A stretch of 64,000 bases of DNA from Malacoraja senta (Eukaryota). The translations under genes and the position numbers were made by a program. The stretch is from the NCBI GenBank assembly GCA_038087875.1, contig JAXLNO010000511.1:62001-126000 (forward strand), written 5' to 3'. This document shows positions 1-12,600 of the stretch, piece by piece. Positions within the stretch are counted from its first letter, which is position 1. Every line of letters starts with the position of its first letter. The notes under the pieces were generated by a model, which was not told the DNA's origin, did not search any database, and worked only from the letters and a program-made list of their open reading frames with translations.

Positions 1-3000
1 ATGAGGGGGAAAGAATTATATGAGATTGTTACGTGGATTGGTGTAACAACACACCAGTTGTTGTTGTAAAGCTTCAGTTGTTGTTGTTGCTCATATTGTA
101 TTGCTCCTTTACAGGTTCTCTCTCCTAAATTTTCGTCGCTTTTCACGTTATCAAATGTCATCACTTTTCCCATGCTGAATTTTCGGCGCTTTTCACGTCC
201 TGGTTTGTCGCTTTTCGCCTGCTGAATTTTCGTCACTTTTCGCGTGCAGAATTTTCGTCGATTTTCGTGTCCTGAAAGTTCGTCGCATTTCACGTCCTGA
301 AATTTCGTCACTTTATGGGTCCTGATGTTTCAGCGCTTTTCGCATCCTGAAATTACGTCACTTTTCGTGTGCTGAATTTTCGTCGCATTTCGCATGCTGA
401 ATTTGTGTAGCTTTTCGCATGCTGAAATTTCGTCGCATTTCGTGTGCTGAATTTTCGTCGCTTTTCCCCAGCTTCATTTTCAGCACTTTTCGCGTCCTGA
501 AGATTCATAGGTTTTCGCACGCAGAATTTTTGTCGCTTTTCGCATGCTGAATTTTCGTCACTTTTCGCGTGCTGAATTTTTGTCACTTTTCATGTTCTGA
601 AATGTCGTCTCTTTTCGCGTGCTGAATTTTCGTTGCTTTTCATGTGCTGAAATTTTGTGGCCTTTCACTTCCTGAAATTTCATCGCTTTATGCGTCCTGA
701 TGTTTCATCACTTTTCGCATACTGAAGGTTCGTCGCTTTTCGCATGCTGAATTTTCGTCGCTTTTCGCGCGCTGAATTTTCGTCGCTTTTCACGTTCTCA
801 AATTTCATCACTTTTCTCGTGCTGAATTATCGTTCCTTTTTACGTCCTGAAAGTAGGTCGCTTTTCGTGTCCTGATGTTTCATCGCTTTTCGCATACTGA
901 AATTACGTCACTTTTCGTGTGCTGAATTTTCATCGCCTTTCGCGTGCCTCATTTTCATTGCTTTTCGCGTCCCGAATGGTCGTCACTTTTCGCATGCTGA
1001 ATTTTCCTCGCTTTTCGCATGCTGAATTTTTGTCACTCGCATGCTGAATTCTTGTCGATTTTCGCGCGCTGAATTTTCGTCGCTTTTCACGTTCTCAAAT
1101 TTCATCACTTTTCTCGTGCTGAATTTTCGTTGCTTTTTACATCCTGAAAGTATGTCGCTTTTCGTTTCCTGATGTTTCATCGCCTTTCGCATCCTGAAAT
1201 TACGTCACTTTTCATGTGCTGAATTTTCATCACGTTTCGCGTGCCTCATTTTCATTGCTTTTCGCGTCCCGAATGGTCGTCGCTTTTCGCATGCTGAATT
1301 TTCCTCGCTTTTCGCGTGCTGAATTTTTGTCACTCGCATGCTGAATTTTTGTCGCTTTTCGCAAGCTGAATTTCCGTCGCTTTTCATGTTCTCAAATTTC
1401 ATCTCTTTTCGCATGTAGAATTTTCGTTGCTTTTCGCATCCTGAAGGTTCGTCGTTTTTCACCTGCTGAATTTTTGTCAGTTTTAACGTGCTGAATTTTT
1501 GTTCGCTTTTCACGTCCTGAAGGTGTGTCGCTTTTCGCCTGCAGAATTTTTGTCGCTTTTCACATGCTGAATTTTTGTAGCTTTTCGTATGCTGGATTTC
1601 CGTACAATTCCACGTGCTTCATTTTCGTCAAATTTCGCGTACTTCATTTTCATCGCTTTATGCAAGTGGAATTTTCGTCACTTTTCACGTGCTGAATTTT
1701 CATCGCTTTTCTTGTCCTGAAGGTACGTAGCTTTTCTCGTGCTTAATTTTCATCACTTTACGCATCCTGAATTTTTTTCGCTATTTGCATGCTGAATTTT
1801 CGTCGCTTTTCGCATGCTGAATTTTTGTAGCTTTTCGCATGCTGAATTTTCATCGCTTTTCGCGTGCTGAATTTCCGTCACAGTTTGTGTGCTGAGTTTT
1901 CATGACTTTTCGCTTCCTGAAGGTTTGTCACTTTTCACGTGCTGAAAATTAGTCGCTTTATGCGTCCTGATGTTTCGTCACTTTTCGCGTCGTGAATTTT
2001 CGTCGCTTTTTGCGTGCTTCATTTTCATTACTTTTCGCATCCTGAATTTTTGTCGCTTTTCGTATGCAGAATTTTCGTCTCTTTTCGCATTCTCAAATGT
2101 CATCACTTTTCTCGTGCTGAATTTTCGTCGCTTTTCACGTCCTGAAGGTTCGTAGCTTTTCGCCTGCTGAATTTTCGTCACTTTCCGCGTGCAGAATTTT
2201 CGTCGAATTTCGTGTCCTGAAAATTTATGAATTTTCGTCACTTTTCGCGTGCTGAATTTTTGTCGCTTTTCATGTTCTGAAATGTCTTCACATTTCGCGT
2301 ACTGAATTTTCGTCGCTTTTCGCAGGTAGAATTTGCATTGCTTTTCATGTGCTGAAGTTTTGTCGGATTTCTCGTGCAGAGATTTTCGTCGCTTTGTGTC
2401 CTTATGTTTTGTTGCTTTTCGCTTGCTGGATTTACGTCACTTTTCGTGTGCTGAATTTTTTTATCACTTTTCGAGTGCTGAACCTTTGTCACTTTTCGCA
2501 TGCTGAATTTTCGTCGCTTTTCGCGCGCTGAATTTTCGTCGCTTTTCACGTTCTCAAATTTCATCACTTTTCTCGTGCTGAATTTTCGTTGCTTTTTACG
2601 TCCTGAAAGTGTGTCGCTTTTCATGTCCTGATGTTTCATCGCTTTTCGCATCCTGAAATTACGTCACTTTTCGTGTGCTGAATTTTCATCGCCTTTCGCG
2701 TGCCTCATTTTCATTGCTCTTCGCTTCCCGAATGGTCGTCGCTTTTCGCATGCTGAGTTTTCGTCGCTATTCATGTCCTGAAGGTTCGTCGCTTTTCGCA
2801 TGCTGAATTTTCGTCGCTTTTCGCGTGCTGAATTTTTGTAGCTTTTCGCATGCTGAATTTTCATCTGTTTTCGCGTGCTGAATTTTCGTCACTTTTTGTG
2901 TGCTGAGTTTTTGTCACTTTTCGCTTCCTGAAGTTTGTCACTTTTCACGTGCTGAAAATTAGTCGCTTTATGCGTCCTGATGTTTCGTCACTTTTTGCCT

Positions 3001-3896
3001 CGTGAATTTTCGTCGCATTTGCGTGCTTCAATTTCATCACTTTTCGCATCCTGAATTTTTGTCGCTTTTCGCATGCAGCATTTTCGTCGCTTTTTGTATT
3101 CTCAAATTTCATCACTTTTCTCGTGCTGAATTTTCGTCGCTTTTCACATCCTGAAGGTTCGTAGCTTTTCGCCTGCTGAATTTTCATCACTTTTCGCGTG
3201 CAGAATTTTCGTCGATTTTCGTGTCCTGAAAGTTTATGAATTATCGTCACTTTTTGCGTGCTGAATTTTTGTCGCTTTTCATGTTCTTAAATGTCTTCAC
3301 ATTTCGCATGCTGAATTTTCGTCGCTTTTCGCAGGCTGAATTTTCATCGCTTTTCATGTGTTGAGGTTTTGTCGCATTCCTCGTGCAGAGATTTTCGTCG
3401 CTTTATGTCCTTATGTTTTGTTGCTTTTCGCTTGCTGGATTTACGTCACTTTTCATATGCTGAATTTTTTATCACTTTTCGAGTGCTCAATTTTTGTCAC
3501 TTTTCGCATGCTGAATTTTCGTCACTTTTCGAGCGCAGAATTTTCGTTGCTTTTCATGTTCTCAAATTTCATCACTTTTCTCGTGCTGAATTTTCGTTGC
3601 TTTTTACGTCCTGAAAGTTTGTCGCTTTCGTGTCCTGATGTTTCATCGCTTTTCGCATCCTGAAATTACGTCACTTTTCGTGTGCTGAATTTTCATCGCC
3701 TTTCGCGTGCCTCATTTTCATTGCTTTTCGCGTCCCGAATGGTCGTCGCTTTTCACATGCTTAATTTTCGTCGCTTTTCACATGCTGAATTTTCGTCGCC
3801 TTTCACGTGCTTCATTTTGATTGCATTTCACGTCCAGAATGGTCGTCGCTTTTCGCATGCTGAAATTTTCGTCGCTTTATGTTTTGTAGATTTTCG

Positions 3897-4998
3897 CATG
3901 CTGAATTTTCGTCACATTTCACGTGCTGAATTTTCTTGGCTTTTCACGTTCTGAAATTGTGTCACTTTTCGCGTGCTGAATTTTCGTCGCTTTTCACATC
4001 CTGAAGATTCATCGCATTTCGCCTGCTGAATTTTCCTCACTTTTCGCGTGCTGAATTTTTGTCGCTTTTCGCAGGCTGAGTTTTTGTCGCTTTTTACGTG
4101 CTGTATTTTTGTCACTTTTTGCATGCTGAATTTTCGTCACCTTTCGCGTGCTTCATTTTCATCGCCTTTTGCGTGCTTCATTTTTTATCACTTTTCGCAT
4201 CCTGAAGGTTCGTCGCTTTTCGCATGCTGAAGTTTCGTCAATTTTCGCGTTCTGAATTTACGTCGCTTTTGGTGTGCTGAATTTTCGTCACTTTTCACGT
4301 TCTGAAATTTCGTCACTTTTCGCATGCTGAATTTTCGTCGCTTTTCGCATGCTGAATTTTTGTTGCTTTTCGCATTCTGAATTGCCGTCGCTTTTCCCGT
4401 GATGAATTTTCGTCGCTTTTCTCTTTCTGAAATGTCCTTACTTTTCACGTGCTGAATTTTCGTCACATTTCACGTGCTGAATTTTCTTGGCTTTTCACGT
4501 TCTGAAATTGTGTCACTTTTCGCGTGCTGAATTTTCGTCGCTTTTCACATCCTGAAGATTCATCGCATTTCGCCTGCTGAATTTTCCTCACTTTTCGCGT
4601 GCTGAATTTTTGTCGCTTTTCGCAGGCTGAGTTTTTGTCGCTTTTTACGTGCTGTATTTTTGTCACTTTTTGCATGCTGAATTTTCGTCACCTTTCGCGT
4701 GCTTCATTTTCATCGCCTTTTGCGTGCTTCATTTTTTATCACTTTTCGCATCCTGAAGGTTCGTCGCTTTTCGCATGCTGAAGTTTCGTCAATTTTCGCG
4801 TTCTGAATTTACGTCGCTTTTGGTGTGCTGAATTTTCGTCACTTTTCACGTTCTGAAATTTCGTCACTTTTCGCATGCTGAATTTTCGTCGCTTTTCGCA
4901 TGCTGAATTTTTGTCGCTTTTCACATGCTGAATTGTCGTCGCTTTTCCCGTGATGAATTTTCGTCGCTTTTCTCTTTCTGAAATGTCCTTACTTTTCG
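3897..4998 (+). repeat. Tandem duplication of a 551-bp (~22-monomer) satellite segment
   Basis: Identical ORF translations at offset 551 (3912/4463, 4048/4599) and a matching pair at 4188/4739. Boundaries approximate. Confidence 0.85.
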
Positions 4999-6600
4999 CG
5001 TGCTGAATTTTCGTCTCTTTTCTCTTTCTGAATTTTCATCACTTTTTGCAGGCTGAGTTTTCGTCGCTTTTCACGTGCTGAAGGTTCATCACCTTTGATG
5101 TGCTGAATTTTCATCGCTTTTCGCTGGCTGAATTTTCGTCGCTTTTCATGTACTGAAATTTTGTCGCTTTGCACGTGCTGAGATTTTCGGCGCTTTATGT
5201 GTCCCGATGTTTTGTTGCTTTTCATGTCCTGAATTTACGTCGCTTTTTGTGTGCTGAATTTTCATCGCCTTTTGCCTGCTGTATTTTTGTAGATTTTCGA
5301 ATGCTGAATTTTCGTCACTTTTCGCGTGATGAAAGCTCGTCACTTTTCATGTGCTGAATTTTTATCGCTTTTCGCAGGCTGATTTTTCGTCGATTTACGC
5401 GTGCTTCATTTTCATCGCTTTTCGCGTCCTGAAGGTTCATCACTTTTCGCATGCTGAATTTTTGTCACTTTTCGCAGGCTGAGTTTTCGTCGCTTTTCGC
5501 GTGCTTTATTTTTGTCACTTTTCGTGGCTGAATTTTCGTCGTTTGCCTCGTTCTGAAATTTCGTCACTTTTCGCTTGCTGAATATTCATCCCTTTTCGCG
5601 TCCTGAAGGTTCGTCGCTTTCTGCATGCTGAAGTTTCGTCACTTTTCGCATGCTGAATTTTCGTCAATTTTCACGTTCTGAAATTTAGTCAATTTTCACG
5701 TGCTGAATTTTCATCGCTTTTCGCATGCTGAATTTTCGTCGCTTTTCCTATGCTTAATTTTCATCGCTTTTCACGTCCTGAAGGTTCATCACTTTTTGCG
5801 TGCTGAATTTTTGTCGCTTTTCGCATGCTGAATTGTCGTCGCTTTTCCCGTGATGAATTTTCGTCGCTTTTCTCTTTCTGAAATGTCCTTACTTTTCGCG
5901 TGCTGAATTTTCGTCTCTTTTCTCTTTCTGAATTTTCATTACTTTTTGCAGGCTGAGTTTTCGTCGCTTTTCACGTGCTGAAGGTTCATTATCTTTGATG
6001 TGCTGAATTTTCATTGCTTTTCGCTGGCTGAATTTTCGTCGCTTTTCATGTACTGAAATTTTGTCGCTTTGCACATGCTGAGATTTTCGGCGCTTTATGT
6101 GTCCCGATGTTTTGTTGCTTTTCACGTCCTGAATTTACGTCACTTTTCATGTGCTGAATTTTTATCGCTTTGCGCAGGCTGATTTTTCGTCGATTTTCGC
6201 GTGCTTCATTTTCATCGCTTTTCGCGTCCTGAAGGTTCATCACTTTTCGCGTGCTGAATTTTTGTCACTTTTCGCAGGCTGAGTTTTCGTTGCTTTTCGC
6301 GTGCTGTATTTTTGTCACTTTTCGCGGCTGAATTTTCGTCGATTGTCTCGTTCTGAAATTTCGTCACTTTTCGCTTGCTGAATATTCATCCCTTTTCGCG
6401 TCTTGAAGGGTCGTCGCTTTCCGCATGCTGAAGTTTCGTCAATTTTCGCATGCTGAATTTTCGTCGATTTTCACGTTCTGAAATTTAGTCACTTTTCGCG
6501 TGCTGAATTTTCGTCGCTTTTCGCATGCTGAATTTTTGTCGCTTTTCCCGTGCTTAATTTTCATCGCTTTTCACGTCCTGAAGGTTCGTCACTTTTTGAG
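4895..6600 (+). repeat. Tandem duplication of a ~900-bp (36-monomer) satellite segment
   Basis: Near-identical ORFs at 4989/5889 and shared rare variants at offset 900. Also present in the macro-duplicate (36245/37145). Boundaries approximate. Confidence 0.8.
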
Positions 6601-9600
6601 TGCTGAATTTTCGTCACTTTTTGCGTGCTGAATTTTTGTCGCTTTTCGAATGCTGAGATTTCGTCGCTTTTCACGTGCTGTATTTTCGTCACTTTTCGCA
6701 TGCTGAATATTCGTCACTTTTCGCGTGCTGAAATGTTGTCGCTTTTCGCAAGCTGAATTTTCATTGCTTTTCTCGTGCTTCATTTTCATTGCTTTTCGCG
6801 TCCTGAAGGTTCGTCACTTTTCGCGTGGTGATTTTTTGTCACTTTTCGCATGCTGAATTTTTGTCGATTTTCGTGTGCTGAATTTTCGTCGATTTTCGCA
6901 TCCTGAAGATTCGTCGCATTTCACCTGCTGAATTGTCCTCAATTTTCGTGTGCAGAATTTTGGTCGATTTTCGTGTCCTGAAAGTTCGTCACTTTTCATG
7001 TGCTGAATTTTTATTGCTTTTCGCATGCTGAATTTTCGTCGCCTTTCGCATGCTTCATTTTCATCGCCTTTCACGAGCTTCATTTTCATCGCCTTTCATG
7101 TGCTTCATTTTCATGAAGGTTCGTCGCTTTTCGCATGCTGAAGTTTCGTTACTTTTCGCGTCCTGAATTTACGTCGCTTTTCGTGTGCTGAATTTTCATC
7201 ACTTTTGACGTTCTGAAATTTCGTCACTTCTCGCATGCTGAATTTTCGTCGCGTTTAGCGTGCCGAATTTTTGTCGCTTTTCGCAGGCTGAGTTTTTGTC
7301 GCTTTTCACGTGCTGTATTTTTGTCACTTCGCGACCTGAATTTACGTCGCTTTTCGTGTGCTGAATTTTCATCGCTTTTCGTGTGCTTCATTTTCATCAC
7401 TTTTCACATGGTTCATTGCTTTTAGCATGGTAAATTTTCGTCGCTTTTCCTGTACTTCATTGTCATCGCTTTTTGCATCATGAGGGTTCGTCGCTTTTCA
7501 CATGCTGAATTTTCGTTGATTTTCGCATGCTGAATTTTCGTCGCTTTTCGCGTGCTGAATTTTTGTCGCTTTTCTCTTTCTGAAATTTCGTCACTTTTCG
7601 CGTGCTGAATTTTCGTCGCTTTTCATGTGCTGAAATTTTGTCGATTTGCACGTGCTGAGATTTGCGTCGCTTTATGTGTCCCGATGTTTTGTTGCTTTTC
7701 ACGTCCTGAATTTACATTGATTTGTGTGTGAAGAATTTTCATCGCTTTTTGAATGCTGTATTTTTTTGTAGATGTTCGCATGCTAAATTTTCGTCACTTT
7801 TCGCGTGCTGAATTTTCGTCGCTTTTCACGGTCTGAAATTTCTTCACTTTTTGCATGCTGAATTTTCGTCGCTTTTTGCGTGCTGAATTTTTGTCACTTT
7901 TTGCGTGTTGAATTTTCGTCGATTTTCATGTCCTGAAAGCTCTTCACTTTTCATATGCTGAATTTTTATTGCTTTGCGCAGGCTGATATTTCGTCGATTT
8001 TCCCGTGCTTCAATTTCATCACTTTTCACATCCTGGTTCATCACTTTTCGCGTGCTGAATTTTTGTCACTTTACGCAGGCTGAATTTTCGTCGCGTTTCA
8101 CGTGCTTCATTTTCATCGCCTTTCGCGTGCTTCATCTTCATCACTTTGCGCGTCCTGAAGTTTCGTCACTTTTCGCATCCTGAAATTACTTTGCTTAGCG
8201 TGTGCTGAATTTTCATCGCTTTTCGCGTGATTCATTTTCATTACTTTTCGCATACTGGTTCGTTGCTTTTAACATGCTAAATTTTCGTAGCTTTTCACTA
8301 GCTTCATTTTCATCGCTTTTTGCATCCTGAAATTTCGTCGCTTTTCGCGTCCTGAATTTACATCGCTTTTCGCGTACTTCATTTTCATCACTTTTTTCGT
8401 GATTCATTTTCATCGCTTTCGCATCCTGAAGGTTCCTCGCTTTTCGCGTGCTGAATTTTTGTCACTTTTCACAGGCTGAATTTTCGTCGCTTTTCGCATC
8501 GTGAAGATTCGTCGCATTTCGCCTGCTGAATTTTCCTCACTTCGCGTGCTTCATTTTTATCACTTTTCGCATCCTGAAGGTTCGTCACTTTTCACATGCT
8601 TAAGTTTCGTCAATTTTCGCGTGCTGAATTTACATCACTTTTCGTGTGCTGAATTTTCGTCGCTTTTCACGTTCTGAAATGTCGTCACTTTTCGCGTGTT
8701 GAATTTTCGTCGCTTTTCGCGTGCTGAATTTTTGTCGCTTTTCGCATGCTAAATTGTCGTCGCTTTTCCTGTGTTGAATTTTCGTCGCTTTTCTCTTTCT
8801 GAAATTTGCTTACTTTTCGCCTGCGGAATTTAAGTCGCTTTTCGCGTCCTGGTTCATCACTTTTGTCGTGCTGAGTTTTCATCACTTTTCGCAGGCTGAG
8901 TTTTCGTCGCTTTTCACGTGCTGAAGGTTCATAATTTTTGACGTGCTGAATTTTCGTCGCTTTACATGTACTTAAATTTTGTCGCTTTGCACGTGCTGAA
9001 ATTTTCTTCACTTTACGTGTCCCGATGTTTTGTTGCTTTTCATGTCCTGAATTTACGTTGCTTTTTGTGTGCTGAATTTTCATCGCTTTTTGCATGCTGT
9101 ATTTTTGTAGATTTTCGCATGCTGAATTTTCGTCACTTTTTGCGTGCTGAAAGCTCGTCACTTTTCATGTGCTGAATTTTTATCGCTTTGCGCAGGCTGA
9201 ATTTTCGTCGATTTTCCCGTGCTTCATTTTCATCGCTTTTCGTGTCCTGAAGGTTTGTCGTTTTTCGCATGCTGAAGTTTCGTCAACTTTCGCGTCCTGA
9301 ATTTACGTCGCTTTTTGTGTGCTGAATTTTCGTCGCTTTTCACATTCTGAAATTTCATCACTTTTAGCATGCTGAATTTTCGTCGCTTTTCGCATGATGA
9401 TTTTTTGTCGCTTTTCGCATGCTGAATTGTCGTCGCTTTTGCCGTGCAGAATTTTCGTCGATTTTCTCTTTCTGAAATTTCCTTACTTTTCGCGTGCTGA
9501 ATTTATGTCGCTTTTCGCGTCCTGGTTCATCACTTTTGTCCTGCTGAATTTTCATCACTTTTCGCAGGCTGAGTTTTCGTCGCTTTTCACGTGCTGAAGG

Positions 9601-12600
9601 TTCATCATTTTTGACGTGCTGAATTCTCATCGCTTTTCGCTGGCTGAATATTCGTCGCTTTTCATGTACTTAAATATTGTCGCTTTGCACGTGCTGAGAT
9701 TTTCGTCGCTTTATGTGTCCCGATGTTTTGTTGCTTTCCATGTCCTGAATTTACGTCGCTTTTTGTGTGCTGAATTTTCATCGCTTTTTGCATGCTGTAT
9801 TTTTGTAGATTTTTGCATGTTGAATTCTCGTCACTTTTCGCGTGCTGAAAGCTCGTCACTTCTCATGTGCTGAATTTTTATCGATTTGCACAGGCAGATT
9901 TTTCGTTGATTTCCCCGTGCTTCATTTTCATCGCTTTTCGCGTCCTGAAGGTTCATCACTTTTCGAATGCTTAATTTTTGTCACTTTTCGAATGCTGAAT
10001 TTTCGTCGCCTTTCACATGCTTCATTTTCATCACTTTTCGTGTGCTTCATTTTCATCACTTTTCGCATACTGAAGGTTCGTCGTTTTTAGCATGCTAAGT
10101 TTTTGTCGCTTTTCCCATGCTTCATTTTCATCGCTTTTTGCATCCTGAAGGTTCGTCGCTTTTTACATGCTGAATGTTCGTCGATTTTCGAATGCTGAAT
10201 TTTCGGCGCTTTTCGCGGGTTGAATTTTTGTCGCTTTTCTCGTTCTGAAATTTCATCACTTTTCGCATGCTGAATTATCGTAGCTTTTCACGTGCTGAAG
10301 GTTCATATTTGACGTGCTGAATTTTCATCACCTTTCGCTGGCTGAAATTTCGTCGCTTTTCATGTGCTGAAATTTTGTCGCTTTGCACGTGCTGAGATTT
10401 GCGTCGCTTTATGTGTCCCGATGTTTTGTTGCTTTTCGCGTCCTGAATTTACATTGATTTTTGTGTGCTGAATTTTCATCGATTTTTGAATGCTGTATTG
10501 TTGTAGATTTTCGCATGCTAAATTTTCGTCCTGAAGGTTCGTCACTTTTCACGTGCTGAATGTTTGTCACTTTACGCATGCTGAATTTTCGTTGCCTTTC
10601 ACGTGCTTCATTTTCATCGCTTTTCGCGTGCTTCATTTTCATTAGTTTTCGCCTACTGGTTCTGCTTTTACCATGCTAAATTTTCATAGCTTTTCCCTAG
10701 CTTCATTTTCATCACTTTCCGCATCCTGAAATTTCGTCGCTTTTCGCGTCCTGAATTTACGTAGCTTTTCGTGTGCTGAATTTTCGTCGCTTTATGCGTG
10801 CTTCATTTTCATGACTTTTCGCATACTGAAAGTTCGTCGCTTTTAGCATTCTAAATTTTCGTCACTTTTCCCGTGCTTCATTTTCATCGCTTTCGCATCC
10901 TGAACGTTCGTCGCTTTTCACGTGCTGTATTTTCACTTTTTGCATGCTGAATATTCGTCGCTTTTCGCGTGCTGAATTTTTGTCGCTTTTCGTAATCTGA
11001 ATTTTCATCGCATTTACTGTGCTTCATTTTCATCGCTTTTCATGCCCTGAATGTTCCTCACTTTTCGCGTGCTGAATTTTTGTCACTTTTCGAATGCTGA
11101 ATTTTCATCGCCTTTCGCGTGCATCATTTTCATTGCCTTTAGCGTGCTTCATTTTCATCACTTTTCACGTCCTGAAGTTTCGTCGCTTATCGTGTCCTGA
11201 ATTTACTTCGCTTTTCGTGTGCTGAATTTCCATCGCTTTTCGCGAGCTTCATTTTCATCACCTCGCGTGCTTCATTTTCATCACTTTTCGCATACTGAAG
11301 GTTCGTCGCTTTTACCATGCTAAATATTCGTTGCTTTTCCCGTGCTTCATTTTCATCGATTTTCGCATCCTGAAGTTTCGTCGCTTTTCCCGTCCTGAAT
11401 TTACGTCGCTTTTCGTGTGCTGAATTTTCATCACTTTTTGCATGCTGTATTTTTGTAGATTTTCGCATGCTGAATTTTCGTCACTTTTCGCGTGCTGAAA
11501 GCTCGTCACTTTTCATGTGCTAAATTTTTATCGCTTTCCACAGGCAGATTTTTCGTCGATTTCCCCATGCTTCATTTTCATCGCTTTTCGCGTCCTGAAG
11601 GTTCGTCGCATTTTACATGCTGAATTTTCGTCGATTTTCGCATGCTGAATTTTTGGCTTTTTTCGCGTGTTGAATTTTTGTCACTTTTCTCGTTCTGAAA
11701 TGTCATCACTTTTCGCGTGCTGAATTATCGTAGCTTTTCACGTGCTGAAGGTTCATCATTTTTGACGAGCTGAATTTTCATCGCCTTTTGCTGGCTGAAA
11801 TTTCGTCGCTTTTCATGTGCTGAAACTTTGTCGCTTTGCACGTGCTGAGATTTGCGTCGCTTTATGTGTCCCGATGTTTTGTTGCTTTTTGCGTCTTGAA
11901 TTTACATTGATTTTTGTGTGCTGAATTGTCATCGCTTTTTGAATGCTGTATTTTTGTAGATTTTCGCATGCTAAATTTTCGTCACTTTTCGCGTGCTGAA
12001 TTTTCGTCGCTCTTCACGTTCTGAAATGTCATCACTTTTTGCATGCTGATTTTTCGTCGCTTTTTGCGTGCTGAATTTTTGTCGCTTTTTGCGTGTTGAA
12101 TTTTCGTTGCTTTTCGCATCCTGAAGATACGTTGCATTTCGCCTGCTGAATTTTCCTCACTTTTCGCGTGCTGAATTTTCGTCGATTTTCGTGTCCTGAA
12201 AGCTCTTCACTTTACATATGCTGAATTTTTATCGCTTTGCGCAGGCTGATATTTCGTCGATTTTCCCGTGCTTCAATTTCATCGCTTTTCGCATCCTGAT
12301 GGTTCGTCACTTTTCGCGTGCTGAATTTTTGTCACTTTATGCATGCTGAATTTTCGTTGCCTTTCACATGCTTCATTTTCATCGCCTTTCGCGTGCTTCA
12401 TTTTCATCACTTTGCGCATCCTGAAGTTTCGTCGCTTTTGCATGCTCAAGTTTCGTCGCTTTTCGCATCCTGAAATGACTTTGCTTTGCGTGTGCTGAAT
12501 TTTCGTCGCTTTTCGCGTGCATCATTTTCATTACTTTTCGCATACTGGTTCTTTGCTTTTACCACGCTAAATTTTCGTAGCTTTTCCCTAGCTTCATTTT

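Noticed and set aside
39..56. TGGTGT-N6-ACACCA hairpin
   Set aside because: A 6-bp stem in low-complexity sequence is expected by chance.
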